Assembly (NCBI GenBank): GCA_963816795.1
Contig: CAWFLT010000001.1
Span: 375,259-439,258, forward strand
Source of the DNA: an uncultured Acidobacteriota bacterium
GTDB taxonomy: Bacteria > Acidobacteriota > Vicinamibacteria > Vicinamibacterales > SCN-69-37
Length of the DNA stretch: 64,000 nt
Direction of reading: 5' to 3'
Below the pieces are notes generated by a model, which saw nothing but the letters and a program-made list of their open reading frames with translations, had not been told where the DNA came from and made no database searches. Positions 49,813 through 59,927 of the stretch are shown in pieces (position 1 is the first letter of the stretch; each line of letters begins with the position of its first letter). A program made the position numbers and the translations under genes.

Positions 49813-50271
49813 ATGCCGACCATCACGCCGTTTCTCTGGTTCGACACCCAGGCCGAAGAGGCCATGACCTTCTACGCCTCGGTGTTCAAGCACGCCGAGG
49901 TCATCACCGTCAACCGCGCGCAGGGCCGCGTCATTTCCGTCGACTTCGAGCTCGAGGGCCAGCGGTTCATGGCCCTCAACGCCGGCCCCGACTTCAAGTT
50001 CAACGAGGCGGTGTCGTTCTTCGTCAGTTGTGAGACGCAGCCGGAGATCGACAACTACTGGGACAAGCTCACCGCCGATGGCGGCGCGCCCGGCCGGTGC
50101 GGCTGGCTCAAGGACAAGTTCGGCCTCTCGTGGCAGATCGTGCCCAGGAAAATGGGGCAGCTACTCGGCGGCGGCGGAGATCCGGAGCGCGCCGGCCGCG
50201 TGGTGCAGGCGATGCTGCAGATGAACAAGCTCGACCTGCACCGGCTGCAGCAGGCCTACGACGGCGAGTGA
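49813..50271 (+). CDS. VOC/PhnB-like protein (3-demethylubiquinone-9 3-methyltransferase-domain family)
   Basis: CAGGAG then ATG 49813. MPTITPFLWFDTQAEEAMTFYASVF ... KDKFGLSWQIVP. Confidence 0.8.
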   Translation: MPTITPFLWFDTQAEEAMTFYASVFKHAEVITVNRAQGRVISVDFELEGQRFMALNAGPDFKFNEAVSFFVSCETQPEIDNYWDKLTADGGAPGRCGWLKDKFGLSWQIVPRKMGQLLGGGGDPERAGRVVQAMLQMNKLDLHRLQQAYDGE

Positions 50272-50640
50272 GCCAGCCTGCGCGCCGCCAGGAACTGCAG
50301 CGTCGCGAACGCCTCGACGACGATCGCGACCGCAACGACGAGCAGACGCGCGAGGGACGTGAACTCGCTCCAGAAGACGAGCAACGCGATCGCGCTTCCG
50401 GCAACCCACAGGCCGTCCGCGACGGTAAACGCCATCAGCGTGCGCGCCTCGACGCGATGTTGCCGCGCGGCCACGGCAAGCGCCGCGGCATACGCCAGCA
50501 GGCCGATCGCGATCACATCGAAGAGGACCGGGGACGCGGCACCGAAGAGCCGGTACAACGACTCCGCGAGTGGCCAGCATCCCGAGGCCGCACGCGGCCG
50601 TGGAGAGAGCATTGAGCTGAAGAAGACGGTGCGACGTCAT
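50256..50640 (-). CDS. Small 4-TM membrane protein, one frameshift near 50565
   Basis: AAGGAG then ATG 50640 (MTSHRLLQLNALSTAACGLGMLA) joins track ORF 50256..50612 (LAESLYRLFGAASPVLFDVIAIG...) after a one-base skip. Confidence 0.55.
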
Positions 50641-50706
50641 GGGTTCACACTCCTTTTGACCAGTCAGGTCTGCGAGGAGAATCGCCCGGCGACGCCACGC
50701 GCCGCA

Positions 50707-50723
50707 ATTACCTCGCAGGTAAT
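50707..50723. promoter_or_regulatory. Perfect palindrome ATTACCT-CGC-AGGTAAT in the divergent region upstream of the MmyB-like regulator
   Basis: Seen directly. A TAGTAT box at 50747-50752 lies 6 nt before ATG 50759. Confidence 0.4.
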
Positions 50724-50758
50724 CGCCGCGCCATCGACCATCGACGTAGTATGGATTC

Positions 50759-51589
50759 ATGCCGTCAACAGCGACGACACCGGCCGCTCCGCCTGTCAGC
50801 GCGGTCGGCCACCTCCTGCGCCAGTGGAGGGCCGCGCGTGGGATGAGTCAGCTCGACCTGGCGATGCACGCCGGGTTCTCGGCGCGGCACGTGAGCTTCA
50901 TCGAAACCGGCCGTTCGCAACCGAGTCGTCAAGCCCTCCTCGTCCTCGCTGAGTCGCTCGATGTGCCGCTGCGCGAGAGAAACCGTCTGCTCGAGGCCGG
51001 CGGGTTTGCGCACCTCTACCGCGAAACGGCGTTCGCGGCCGAGGAGATGCGGCACATCCGCGAGGTGCTTCAATTCATCCTCGACAGGCACAAGCCGTAT
51101 GCCGCGGTCGTCCTGGATCGCTACTCGAACTGCCTGCTCGGCAACGGCGCCTCGGATCGGTTGCTCGCGGCCGTGGTGGACGCCGATCTGATCACCGAGC
51201 ACGCCAACCATCTGCGGCTGGCGTTTCATCCTCGCGGGGCGCGGCGATACGTCGTCAATTGGGACGACGTCGGGCGCCATCTCCTGGACCGGGCGGAGCG
51301 GGAATTGGGTCACGCGCCGGACGACGCGGTGGCCTCGGCGTTGCTCGCAGAGTTGCGCGAGTACGCCGGGCCGTTGCTCGGACAGCGACCGCCAGCCCGT
51401 CTCGGCGCAAACGATCTGCTGCTGCCGGTTCATGTCAGGAAGGACGGCGTCGAGCTGCGCCTCTTCAGCACGATCATGACGCTCGGCACGCCGCAGGACG
51501 TCACCTTGCAGGAGCTGCGGATCGAGACGTTCTTTCCAGCGGATGCCGAATCTGAACTGACCTGGCGGCGCCTGATGGGAGAGCTGTAA
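50759..51589 (+). CDS. XRE-type HTH regulator with MmyB-like C-terminal domain
   Basis: LLRQWRAARGMSQLDLAMHAGFSARHVSFIETGRSQPS, then the MmyB-like region (PYAAVVLDRYSN ... ELRIETFFPAD). Confidence 0.8.
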   Translation: MPSTATTPAAPPVSAVGHLLRQWRAARGMSQLDLAMHAGFSARHVSFIETGRSQPSRQALLVLAESLDVPLRERNRLLEAGGFAHLYRETAFAAEEMRHIREVLQFILDRHKPYAAVVLDRYSNCLLGNGASDRLLAAVVDADLITEHANHLRLAFHPRGARRYVVNWDDVGRHLLDRAERELGHAPDDAVASALLAELREYAGPLLGQRPPARLGANDLLLPVHVRKDGVELRLFSTIMTLGTPQDVTLQELRIETFFPADAESELTWRRLMGEL

Positions 51590-52734
51590 TGAACGCCGTG
51601 CCGAAGGACGTGACGAAGCTGGATCCCTGGACGGTCGTCGACCCGCTAGGTGACGCGCTTGGGTTCCTGCGGATGAGCGGCGTGTTCTATTGCCGCTCCG
51701 AGTTCACGGCGCCGTGGGCGCTCGCGCTGCCGCCAGTCGAGCGCTGCATGATCCTCCACGTCGTGACCGAGGGCGAGTGCTGGGTGAACGTGGACGGTGC
51801 CGACCCGTGTCTCCTGCAAACCGGAACGCTCGCGCTGGTGCCGCACGGCGAGGGCCATCGGCTGGGGAGTGGAGCCGGGGGTCGCGCTGTCGGCCTGTTT
51901 GACGCGCCCCGCGAATCTGTCAGCGAACGCTACGAGATCCTTCGGCTCGGCGGCGGTGGCCACGCGACGTCGATGCTCTGCGCGCTGGTCCGGGTCGATC
52001 ATCCGGCCGCGCTGGATCTGATCAGGTATCTGCCGAAGGTGATCAGTCTCAACGTCACGAGCTCGCCACACGCGGAGTGGCTCCAGAGCACCATCCGGCT
52101 CGTCGCGGCCGAAGCGCGCGAGATCACGGCGGGTGGCGAAGCCGTCATCACGCGGTTGGCAGACATCCTCGTGCTCGAAGCCATCCGATCCTGGGTGACC
52201 CGGCATCCCGAGGAGCGCGCCGGGTGGCTGGGGGCCCTGCGTGACAGGCAGATTGGTCACGCGCTGTCCTTGATTCAACGCGATCCGATGCGAAGCTGGT
52301 CGGTCGAGTCGTTGGCAAACGCGATCGGGATGTCACGCTCGGCGTTTTCGGCGCGGTTCACCGAGCTCGTCGGCGAGCCAGTCATGCACTACGTGACCCA
52401 ATGGAAGATGCATGCGGCGGCGCAGTTGCTCCGGAACGACGGGACGCGCCTCGGCGAGCTCGCGAGTCAGTTCGGGTACTCCACGGAGGCCGCGTTCAGC
52501 CGCGCGTTCAAACGCGTGACGGGCGTGTCGCCCGGCTCCGTCAAGCGGCACGATGCGGCGGAGCGAGGACGAAAAGTAATGTTCGATGGACGCTCTGGAA
52601 TGGTCTCTGCCTCGCGCGGCGCGCATAGTGAGTCTACCGGCCGTCGCACGCGGCCGGCAGGAGACCTCGGACATGAACCACAGAACAACGTTGGTGCTTG
52701 GCGGAACGGGAAAGACAGGCCGGCGCGTCGCTGA
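51589..52734 (+). CDS. AraC-family regulator with cupin-type sensor domain
   Basis: TAATG junction with the upstream gene. Cupin part ILHVVTEGECWV ... VPHGEGHRL. HTH part SRSAFSARFTELVGEPVMHYVTQWKM. The tail after ...SPGSVKRHDAAERGRK looks like read-through past an out-of-frame TAA (about 52579). Confidence 0.75.
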   Translation: MNAVPKDVTKLDPWTVVDPLGDALGFLRMSGVFYCRSEFTAPWALALPPVERCMILHVVTEGECWVNVDGADPCLLQTGTLALVPHGEGHRLGSGAGGRAVGLFDAPRESVSERYEILRLGGGGHATSMLCALVRVDHPAALDLIRYLPKVISLNVTSSPHAEWLQSTIRLVAAEAREITAGGEAVITRLADILVLEAIRSWVTRHPEERAGWLGALRDRQIGHALSLIQRDPMRSWSVESLANAIGMSRSAFSARFTELVGEPVMHYVTQWKMHAAAQLLRNDGTRLGELASQFGYSTEAAFSRAFKRVTGVSPGSVKRHDAAERGRKVMFDGRSGMVSASRGAHSESTGRRTRPAGDLGHEPQNNVGAWRNGKDRPARR

Positions 52735-53533
52735 CCGCCTCGAGACGATGGGGTGGCCGGTGCGGATCGGCTCGCGATCGGCAGAACGGCCTTTCGACTG
52801 GGACCGCCCGGCCACCTGGCCGGAAGCGCTCGACGGCATCGGTGCCGCGTACGTCTCGTACTTCCCCGATGTCGCGGTTCCCGGCACCGCCAAGGTGATC
52901 CGGTCCTTCACCGACGCCGCGTTGGCGAGCGGCGTCCGTCGCCTGGTATTGCTCTCCGGCCGAGGTGAAGCCGAGGCGCAGGCGTGCGAACAGGTCGTTC
53001 AGGCGTCCGGCGCCGCGTGGACGGTGATCCGATCGAGCTGGTTCAACCAGAACTTCAGCGAGGGCCATTTTCTGGAGCCGATACTCGACGGGCGTCTCGC
53101 GCTGCCGGCCGGCCCGGTCGGCGAGCCGTTCGTGGACGCCGACGATATCGCGGACGTCGCCGTTGCGGCACTCACCGACGACCGCCATCTCGGCCAGCTC
53201 TATGAGCTGACAGGTCCCCGGCTGTGGACGTTCGCCGAGGCGATCGCCGAGATCGCGCGCGTCACCGGACGCGACTTGAGCTTCGTCGAAATCAGCAGCG
53301 GCGAGTACGCGGCGTTACTCGGCGCCGCGGGCGTACCGACCGAGTTCGTCACGTTGATCACCTATCTCTTCACGGAGGTGCTCGACGGACGCAATTCGTC
53401 AGTGCAGGACGGCGTGCCGCGGGCGCTCAATCGTCCTGCGCGCGACTTCAGTGACTACGTCCGCGGCTCGGCCGCGACCGGCATCTGGGGATACGGCTTG
53501 AAGGCCGCCAGACTGTTGTCAGCTCGGCCGTGA
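52673..53533 (+). CDS. NmrA-like / atypical SDR NAD(P)-binding protein
   Basis: AGGAG then ATG 52673. TLVLGGTGKTGRRV Rossmann motif. 286 aa. Confidence 0.8.
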   Translation: MNHRTTLVLGGTGKTGRRVADRLETMGWPVRIGSRSAERPFDWDRPATWPEALDGIGAAYVSYFPDVAVPGTAKVIRSFTDAALASGVRRLVLLSGRGEAEAQACEQVVQASGAAWTVIRSSWFNQNFSEGHFLEPILDGRLALPAGPVGEPFVDADDIADVAVAALTDDRHLGQLYELTGPRLWTFAEAIAEIARVTGRDLSFVEISSGEYAALLGAAGVPTEFVTLITYLFTEVLDGRNSSVQDGVPRALNRPARDFSDYVRGSAATGIWGYGLKAARLLSARP

Positions 53534-53552
53534 GACAATTCGGCAAAGCCAC

Positions 53553-54578
53553 ATGCGACTTGGCGCGCTCACGCTCATCGCCGCGGCCGTCGCGATTGGC
53601 GGACTGCAGCAGGCTTCGCCCAGTACGAACGTGTCCGGCCGCTGGCGGCTTGTGGACCCAACCACGGCGTCGCCGGCAGTCGCCAGCGAGTTCCTTGTCA
53701 CTCTGACGGAATCGAACTGGCTAACGATCGAGCGCCGGTTTCCGTCGAGCGTCAGCGTGTCTCGCTATCCGGTCTCCGGCCGAGGGATCTCGTCCGCGAT
53801 GACGAGTCCGTCTGCGGCTGGAACTCGAGCGCCGCGTCCGGCACCAGTCGAAGCGGTGTGGACCGGCGCAGCGTTTCTGATCCGGACCGGTACTGCCGGC
53901 GCCGCTCCGAGGGCGACGGATCACGAGGAACTGTGGTCGATTGAGGGTGACCGCTTACACGTGGACAACGCCGATCGCGTCTTCGGCGGTCCAGCCAGAA
54001 CCTCGCGCATCACCTATCAACGCGTCCCGCTTCCCAACTCCGTCGACGCCGACCAGAACCTCCTCGAGAACGGGAACGCGACTGAGAGCGGTGCGTACTG
54101 GCTGATTACCAGCGACGCAGCCGTCGAGCCGTGCGACGGCGATCCTTGCTTCCGGCTGCGAAAACCAGGCGGCGTTCAGCAGACGGTATTGCTCCCGGCC
54201 AGTGCGGTCGGCAAGTACCTGGTAGCGGTCGGCTCGGCGGCGAGCGAACGCGTGAATTCGGATGGCGTGATTACCGGCTTACCGTCTCTCTACGGCCTCA
54301 TCGGCATCAGCGATGGCACTCGCTTTGTCGGTTATCTCACAGGGCAGAACATGCTGGCACGCCCTCCGGCACCAGGTGTGTGGGCCAAGATGTCCGGAGT
54401 GTTCCGTGTACCGGAACGCGCAGCGCGGATCAGCTTTCAACTCCATCAAGCCGAGGCTCGTGGCACGCCACCCAACGGGTCTGCCGTTCGGTTCGACAAT
54501 CTTGGTCTCTACCTGTTTCCGTCCGAAGCGGAAGCGCAGTCGTTCGCGGCCAAGTGGCAGGGACGCGGGAACCAGTAG
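53553..54578 (+). CDS. Secreted hypothetical protein (341 aa), C-terminal beta-sandwich-like region
   Basis: Intact ORF with signal MRLGALTLIAAAVAIGGL. No family recognised. Confidence 0.55.
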   Translation: MRLGALTLIAAAVAIGGLQQASPSTNVSGRWRLVDPTTASPAVASEFLVTLTESNWLTIERRFPSSVSVSRYPVSGRGISSAMTSPSAAGTRAPRPAPVEAVWTGAAFLIRTGTAGAAPRATDHEELWSIEGDRLHVDNADRVFGGPARTSRITYQRVPLPNSVDADQNLLENGNATESGAYWLITSDAAVEPCDGDPCFRLRKPGGVQQTVLLPASAVGKYLVAVGSAASERVNSDGVITGLPSLYGLIGISDGTRFVGYLTGQNMLARPPAPGVWAKMSGVFRVPERAARISFQLHQAEARGTPPNGSAVRFDNLGLYLFPSEAEAQSFAAKWQGRGNQ

Positions 54579-54606
54579 CAATCTTACGGTCGCTAAGAGT
54601 CACTAG

Positions 54607-54633
54607 CCTCCGTGCGGCTCCGTGTGCCCCGTG
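54607..54633. repeat. CYCCGTG tandem array (3 units)
   Basis: CCTCCGTG CGGCTCCGTG TGCCCCGTG between convergent genes. Confidence 0.65.
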
Positions 54634-54664
54634 TTCTGTCGCGAAGCTCTTGATCGTGACTCCC

Positions 54665-55156
54665 TTACTGCAATCCCCCACGCACTGACGTAATCCGCTG
54701 CGTGTTGAAGCCGAGCCAGTGCATGCGGCCGTCGTAGCGCGCGTGCTCGACCTTGATGCAGCGGTCCATGACGACAGAGAGGCCGCCCGCCTCGGCGATG
54801 CGCGCGCCTTCCTCGTTGATCACGGTGAACTGACACCAGAGCGCCTTCGCGCCGATGGCCACCGCCTCCTTCGCGATGCCCGGCAGCGCGTCCGGCGCGC
54901 GGAAGACATTGACGACGTCAACCGGCACCGGCACGTCGGCGAGGCTGGCGAAGCTCTTCTCGCCGAGCACTTCCGTCTCGCGCGGATTGACCGGAATGAC
55001 CCGATATCCATGGCGCTGCAGATAGAAGCCGACGAAGTGGCTGGCGCGCAGGCGGGTTGACGACAGACCGACGACGGCGATGGTCCTGGCGCTGTGGAGG
55101 ACACGCTGGATGGTCAGCGGATCCTGATAGCGAGTCAAATCGAACGACGGCGTCAT
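54665..55156 (-). CDS. CoA-binding domain protein
   Basis: IAVVGLSSTRLRASHFVGFYLQRHGYRVIPVNP. ATGA overlap with metY. Confidence 0.8.
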   Translation of the reverse strand: MTPSFDLTRYQDPLTIQRVLHSARTIAVVGLSSTRLRASHFVGFYLQRHGYRVIPVNPRETEVLGEKSFASLADVPVPVDVVNVFRAPDALPGIAKEAVAIGAKALWCQFTVINEEGARIAEAGGLSVVMDRCIKVEHARYDGRMHWLGFNTQRITSVRGGLQ

Positions 55157-56475
55157 CGCGTCGCCGCCTTGCTGCTCGGCGCCGCGCCCGTTCGCGCAAA
55201 GCCCTGGTCGAGATCCCAGATCAGGTCGTCAACGGCTTCGATGCCGACCGACAGCCGGATCGTGCCGGGACCGACGCCGGCGGCGCGGAGCTCCTCTTCG
55301 GAGAGCTGGCGGTGCGTCGTGCTGGCCGGGTGAATGATCAGGCTCTTCGAGTCGCCGACGTTCGCCAGGTGTGACCAGAGCGTCACGCCGCGGATGAAGT
55401 CCTGTCCGGCGGCACGGCCGCCGTGACAGTCGAACGAGAACACCGCGCCCGCACCGCGCGGAAGGTACTTGTCGACCAGCGGGCGATAGCGGCTCGTGGA
55501 CAGGCCGGGATACGTCACTTTTGACGCGAGCGGATGCGTCTCGAGGTAGCGCGCGACCGTGGCGGCATTCTCGACGTGCCGAGCCATCCTCAGCGACAGC
55601 GTCTCGAGCCCCTGGAGAAAGAGGAACGCGTTGAACGGACTCATCGCCGCGCCAAGGTCGCGCAGCGTCTCGGCCCGCAGCTTCATCAGATAACCATACG
55701 TCCCGAAGGTCTCGTGAAATTGCAGGCCGTGGTACGCCGGCGATGGATTCGCCACCACCGGAAACCGGCCGTTCGACCAGTTGAACTGCCCCGAGTCCAC
55801 GACGACGCCGCCGATGCTGGTGCCGTGGCCGCCGATGAACTTCGTCGCCGAGTGCAGCACGATGTCCGCGCCCCACTCGATCGGGCGGCAGAGATACGGC
55901 GTCGCGAACGTGTTGTCGATGATCAACGGAATCTCATGCGCGTGCGCGATCGCCGCCACGGCCTCGATGTCGAGCACGTTGCCGGCCGGGTTGCCGATCG
56001 TCTCGCCGTAGAAGGCTTTGGTGTTGTCGCGAACGGCGCCCTTCCAGGCGTCCAGATCGTCGGGATCGACCCACGTGAGGTCGACCGACATCTTGCGCAG
56101 GAGGTGCTTCAACTGGTTCACCGTCCCGCCGTACAGCGCTGACGACGAGACGACGTGGTCGCCGGGTGAAAGCAGGGTGAAGAGCGCTGCCGCCTGCGCC
56201 GCGATCCCGCTGGCAAAGGCGACGCCGCCGCAGCCGCCTTCGAGGTTGGCCATGCGCTCTTCGAACACCGCCACCGTCGGGTTCATGATCCGCGAGTAGG
56301 TGTTCCCGTACTCCTGCAGGTTGAAGTACGCCGCCGCCGATTCGGGATCTTCGAAGACGTAGCTCGTCGTCTGATAAATCGGCACCGCGCGGGCGCCGGT
56401 ATTCGGATCAGGACGCTGCCCGGCGTGCACCTGACGCGTCTCGAAGCCAAAATTGCGGGACTCTTCCATCGACAC
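55153..56475 (-). CDS. metY: O-acetylhomoserine aminocarboxypropyltransferase / sulfhydrylase
   Basis: 440 aa, intact. PLP-lysine motif [12 protein letters not shown]-terminal [10 protein letters not shown]. Confidence 0.9.
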   Translation of the reverse strand: MSMEESRNFGFETRQVHAGQRPDPNTGARAVPIYQTTSYVFEDPESAAAYFNLQEYGNTYSRIMNPTVAVFEERMANLEGGCGGVAFASGIAAQAAALFTLLSPGDHVVSSSALYGGTVNQLKHLLRKMSVDLTWVDPDDLDAWKGAVRDNTKAFYGETIGNPAGNVLDIEAVAAIAHAHEIPLIIDNTFATPYLCRPIEWGADIVLHSATKFIGGHGTSIGGVVVDSGQFNWSNGRFPVVANPSPAYHGLQFHETFGTYGYLMKLRAETLRDLGAAMSPFNAFLFLQGLETLSLRMARHVENAATVARYLETHPLASKVTYPGLSTSRYRPLVDKYLPRGAGAVFSFDCHGGRAAGQDFIRGVTLWSHLANVGDSKSLIIHPASTTHRQLSEEELRAAGVGPGTIRLSVGIEAVDDLIWDLDQGFARTGAAPSSKAATR

Positions 56476-56569
56476 ACTCTCCTCATGGAGGGGCCGGCTT
56501 CCGCCTTCGCTGAAGCTACGGCGGACAGGTCAGCCGGCCCGCTTGCAGGCGGGCTCAAGCCCGCCCCTC

Positions 56570-57769
56570 CTAACGCGCAAGAAAATCCCGGATCATCGGC
56601 GTCTGACGCGCCTCCTCCAGCAGGAAGCAGTCGTGTCCGTACGGCGCGTCGATGACGTACAACTCGACGTTCTTGCCGTGTGCCCGAAGCGCGGCCGCGA
56701 TTTCCTCGGAGCCCGACGGCGGATAGAGCCAGTCCGAGCTGAACGCGATGAGCAGCGTTCGCGCCGTCACGGTGCGAAGCGCGTCGGCAAGCCGGCCGCC
56801 GCCGTACTGGCGCGCGAGGTCGAAGTACGAGAGCGCCCGTGACGTGTAGAGATACGTATTCGCGTCGAAGCGCTTCACGAACGTCTCGGCCTGGTGGCGC
56901 AGGTAACTCTCGATCTCGAACTCCGCGTCGTTCAGGCGGTACTTGATGTCGCCGCCGTCCTGGAGCCGCCGGCCAAACTTGTCGTTGAGCGATAGCGCCG
57001 ACAGATAGGTGATGTGGCCAACCATCCGCGCGATGCCCATGCCCGCCGTTGGCGCCCGGCCCGTCCCGTAGTAGTGCCCGCCCTGCCAGTCAGGATCGGC
57101 CGTGATCGCGTTGCGCGCGATGGCGTTCCAGGCCACACCCTGTGGCAGGAGCGCGTGGGTGCTCGCGATCGGAATGATCGCGTCCACCTGGTCGGCGTAC
57201 GTCACCGCCCATTCGAGCGCCTGCATCCCCCCGAGCGAGCCGCCGGCGACGGCGGCGAGACGCGGGATGCCGAGTACATCCAGAAAGGCGCGCTCCGCCC
57301 GTACCATGTCCGCGACGGTGATGACTGGAAAGTCCGATCCGTACGCCCGGCCGGTCGCCGGGTCGATGGACGACGGCCCCGTCGTGCCGCGGCATCCTCC
57401 CAGCAGATTCGTGCTGACGACGAAGAACTCGTCGGTGTCGAAGGCCTTGCCGGGACCGACCATGCCGTCCCACCAGCCGAGGCCGCCGCTCTTGCCGGCA
57501 TCGCGCTCCTCGGCGCGAAACCCGTCTCGCGTGCTCGCCACAACTGGCCTGGCCGCGAAGCCGGCGGCGTGCGCGTCCCCGCTGAGCGCGTGGCACACCA
57601 GGATGACGTTGTCGCGTGCCGGCGAGAGCCGGCCGTAGGTCTCGTACGCGATGCGAACCGGCTGCAGATTCCGGCCGCAGTCGAGCGGCAGGGGCTGAGG
57701 AAGGTCGAGGAACTGCGTCTCGACCGTGCCGACAGAGCCGGCGGCGGCCTTCGGCGTTGACGTCGCCAT
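56570..57769 (-). CDS. metX: Homoserine O-acetyltransferase
   Basis: ATG 57769 inside track ORF 56570..58114. NVILVCHALSGDAHAAG, GGSLGGMQALEW (nucleophile), SDWLYPP. Confidence 0.9.
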   Translation of the reverse strand: MATSTPKAAAGSVGTVETQFLDLPQPLPLDCGRNLQPVRIAYETYGRLSPARDNVILVCHALSGDAHAAGFAARPVVASTRDGFRAEERDAGKSGGLGWWDGMVGPGKAFDTDEFFVVSTNLLGGCRGTTGPSSIDPATGRAYGSDFPVITVADMVRAERAFLDVLGIPRLAAVAGGSLGGMQALEWAVTYADQVDAIIPIASTHALLPQGVAWNAIARNAITADPDWQGGHYYGTGRAPTAGMGIARMVGHITYLSALSLNDKFGRRLQDGGDIKYRLNDAEFEIESYLRHQAETFVKRFDANTYLYTSRALSYFDLARQYGGGRLADALRTVTARTLLIAFSSDWLYPPSGSEEIAAALRAHGKNVELYVIDAPYGHDCFLLEEARQTPMIRDFLAR

Positions 57770-57901
57770 GCGAGCGATCATATGCCGCCGATGTATGATC
57801 CGGAACTTCCCCGGCAGATGTCCGCGGCCTGCCGCGCCGTAGCTCGGCACTCTCAGGCGAGCGAAGGCTGGCGATTGTCCGCTCAGCAAAGGGAGCTCAG
57901 C

Positions 57902-58462
57902 ATGGCGAAGTCGAATGTGAACAACGGGGTCAACGTGGATGCGCTGCTCGCGGCGCGTGAGGCGCTGAAGGGCGCCCCGCAGGCCGCGAAGTTCATGTGG
58001 CGCGCCTCGTGTAAGTGGCAGAACGGCACGCACAGCCAGACCAAGATCAACGGGTTCCACGGGCTCGGCGAAGAACAGAAGCACAAGACCGAGTTCTCGT
58101 TCGAGGCCGATCACCCGGAGATCTTCGCCTCGGAGGATCTCGGCGCGACGCCGATCGAGTTCGTGCTGGTCGGGCTCGCGAGCTGCCTGACGGCGGGCGT
58201 CGCGGCCGTGGCGCAGAATCGAGGCATTCAGTTGCGCTCGGTCGAAGCCAAGCTCCAGGGGTCGATGGACATCCAGGGCATCCTCGGCATCGACAGCGAC
58301 GTCCGCAATGGCTACGACGACATCAAAGTGACGTTCAATATCGATGCGGACGCGTCCAAGCAGGATATCGAGGCGATCGTCGCGCAGTCACAGAAGCGCT
58401 CGGCGGTCTACGACGTCATCACCAATCCGACGAACGTGACCGTCGAAGTCGCCAAAATCTAG
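57902..58462 (+). CDS. OsmC-family peroxiredoxin-like protein
   Basis: AGGGAG then ATG 57902. LVGLASCLTAG and the OsmC fold pattern. Confidence 0.8.
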   Translation: MAKSNVNNGVNVDALLAAREALKGAPQAAKFMWRASCKWQNGTHSQTKINGFHGLGEEQKHKTEFSFEADHPEIFASEDLGATPIEFVLVGLASCLTAGVAAVAQNRGIQLRSVEAKLQGSMDIQGILGIDSDVRNGYDDIKVTFNIDADASKQDIEAIVAQSQKRSAVYDVITNPTNVTVEVAKI

Positions 58463-58498
58463 AGGCGCGGGCTCGACCGCGAGGCTGACCCATCGAAC

Positions 58499-59739
58499 GT
58501 GTCACGACGGTCGTCGTCGGTGCCGGCCACGCCGGCCTGGCGGTGAGCCGCTGCCTGAGCTCGCCGCGGTCGATCGATCACGTCGTCCTCGAACGCGGCG
58601 AGGTCGCCAACTCCTGGCGCCGCGAGCGCTGGGACTCGCTGCGTCTGCTCACGCCCAACTGGCAGAGCCGGCTGCCCGGCTTCCGTTACGACGGCGCGGA
58701 TCCCGACGGCTTCATGACGATGGCCGAGGTGATCGCGTTCATCTCGCGCTTCGCGGTCGTCGCGGCGGCGCCAGTCCGGACGAATACGGCCGTCACGTCG
58801 ATCGCCCGAACAGACAGCGGCTATCGGGTCGTCACCGATCACGGCGAGATCGGCTGCCGCGCCGTGGTGCTGGCGAGCGGCGCCTGCAATGTTCAGAACG
58901 TCCCGGCCCTTCGGCCGTCGATCCCGGCCTCGATCGAGTGCGTCAGCGCGTTGAGCTATCGCCATCCGGATCAGCTCCCTGCAGGCGGAGTCTTGATCGT
59001 CGGCGCGTCTGCCACCGGCGCCCAGCTTGCCGACGAGATCCAGCGGTCGGGCCGGCCGGTGACGCTGTCGGTCGGCGAGCACGTGCGCCTGCCGCGGACC
59101 TACCGCGGCCGCGACGTGCTGTGGTGGATGGAGGCTTCCGGCGTCTGGAACCAGCGGTACGACGAGATCGACGATCTCACGCGGGCGCGGAAGTTGCCGT
59201 CGCCGCAACTGGTGGGAACACCAGAGCGGGTGACGCTTGACCTCAATACGTTGAGCGCCGCCGGCGTCACGCTCGTCGGACGCCTGGCCGCCGTTCGCGA
59301 CGGCCAGGCGCTGTTCTCAGGCGGGCTGCGCAATCAGTTCGCGCTTGCCGATCTCAAAATGGAGCGGCTGCTCGACACGTTCGATGACTGGGCGCTCGCG
59401 CATCCGGATCGTGTTGACGTCGGCCCGCCCGAGCGCTTCGAGCCGACGCGGATGCCGATCTCGTCGCCACTCAGTCTCGACCTCAAGCGCGGCGCCATCC
59501 GGTCCGTGATCTGGGCGACCGGATTCCGACCGGATTACCGCTGGCTCGACGTGCCGGTCCTCGATCACAAAGGCCACTTGCGACACGACGGCGGCGTCGT
59601 CGATGCGCCCGGGCTGTATGCGATTGGTCTGCCGGTGCTGCGACGCCGCAAATCGACGTTCATTCACGGCGCCGAGGACGACGCGCGGGATCTCATCGAC
59701 CATCTCGCCGGATATCTGGACGAGACCACACGACATTGA
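58499..59739 (+). CDS. FAD/NAD(P)-binding flavin monooxygenase-like oxidoreductase, start region disturbed
   Basis: VVVGAGHAGLAV (GxGxxG) lies upstream of the track start 58543, in the same frame, with no in-frame start after the TGA at 58486. The nearest GTG (58499) is out of frame. Second dinucleotide motif VGASATGAQLA, and ATGFRPD. Confidence 0.7.
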
Positions 59740-59927
59740 CGTTGCGAAAAACAGGAATCTCAGTATGATTTGCGCGCCGTGTCCAGTTTGTCCGGGTGCG
59801 GTGTTTGTATTCTCGTACGGGTCTGTCGGCTGGCTCGCTCCCCAGTTTGCCGTCCGACGTGAACGACTAGTACGCCTGCCGTAGTCTGCGCGCAGGCCGA
59901 CTTCCGGGGAGCATTTCTGGAGGCGGC

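Noticed and set aside
57770-57901. SAM riboswitch upstream of metX
   Set aside because: I could not find SAM-I, SAM-II or SAM-IV signature elements. Only a 7-bp GATCATA/TATGATC hairpin next to the ATG is present. A covariance-model scan would be needed to be sure.
57770-58114. N-terminal extension of the metX ORF (track 56570..58114)
   Set aside because: It is junk-like and overlaps the divergent OsmC gene. ATG 57769 gives a normal MetX N-terminus.
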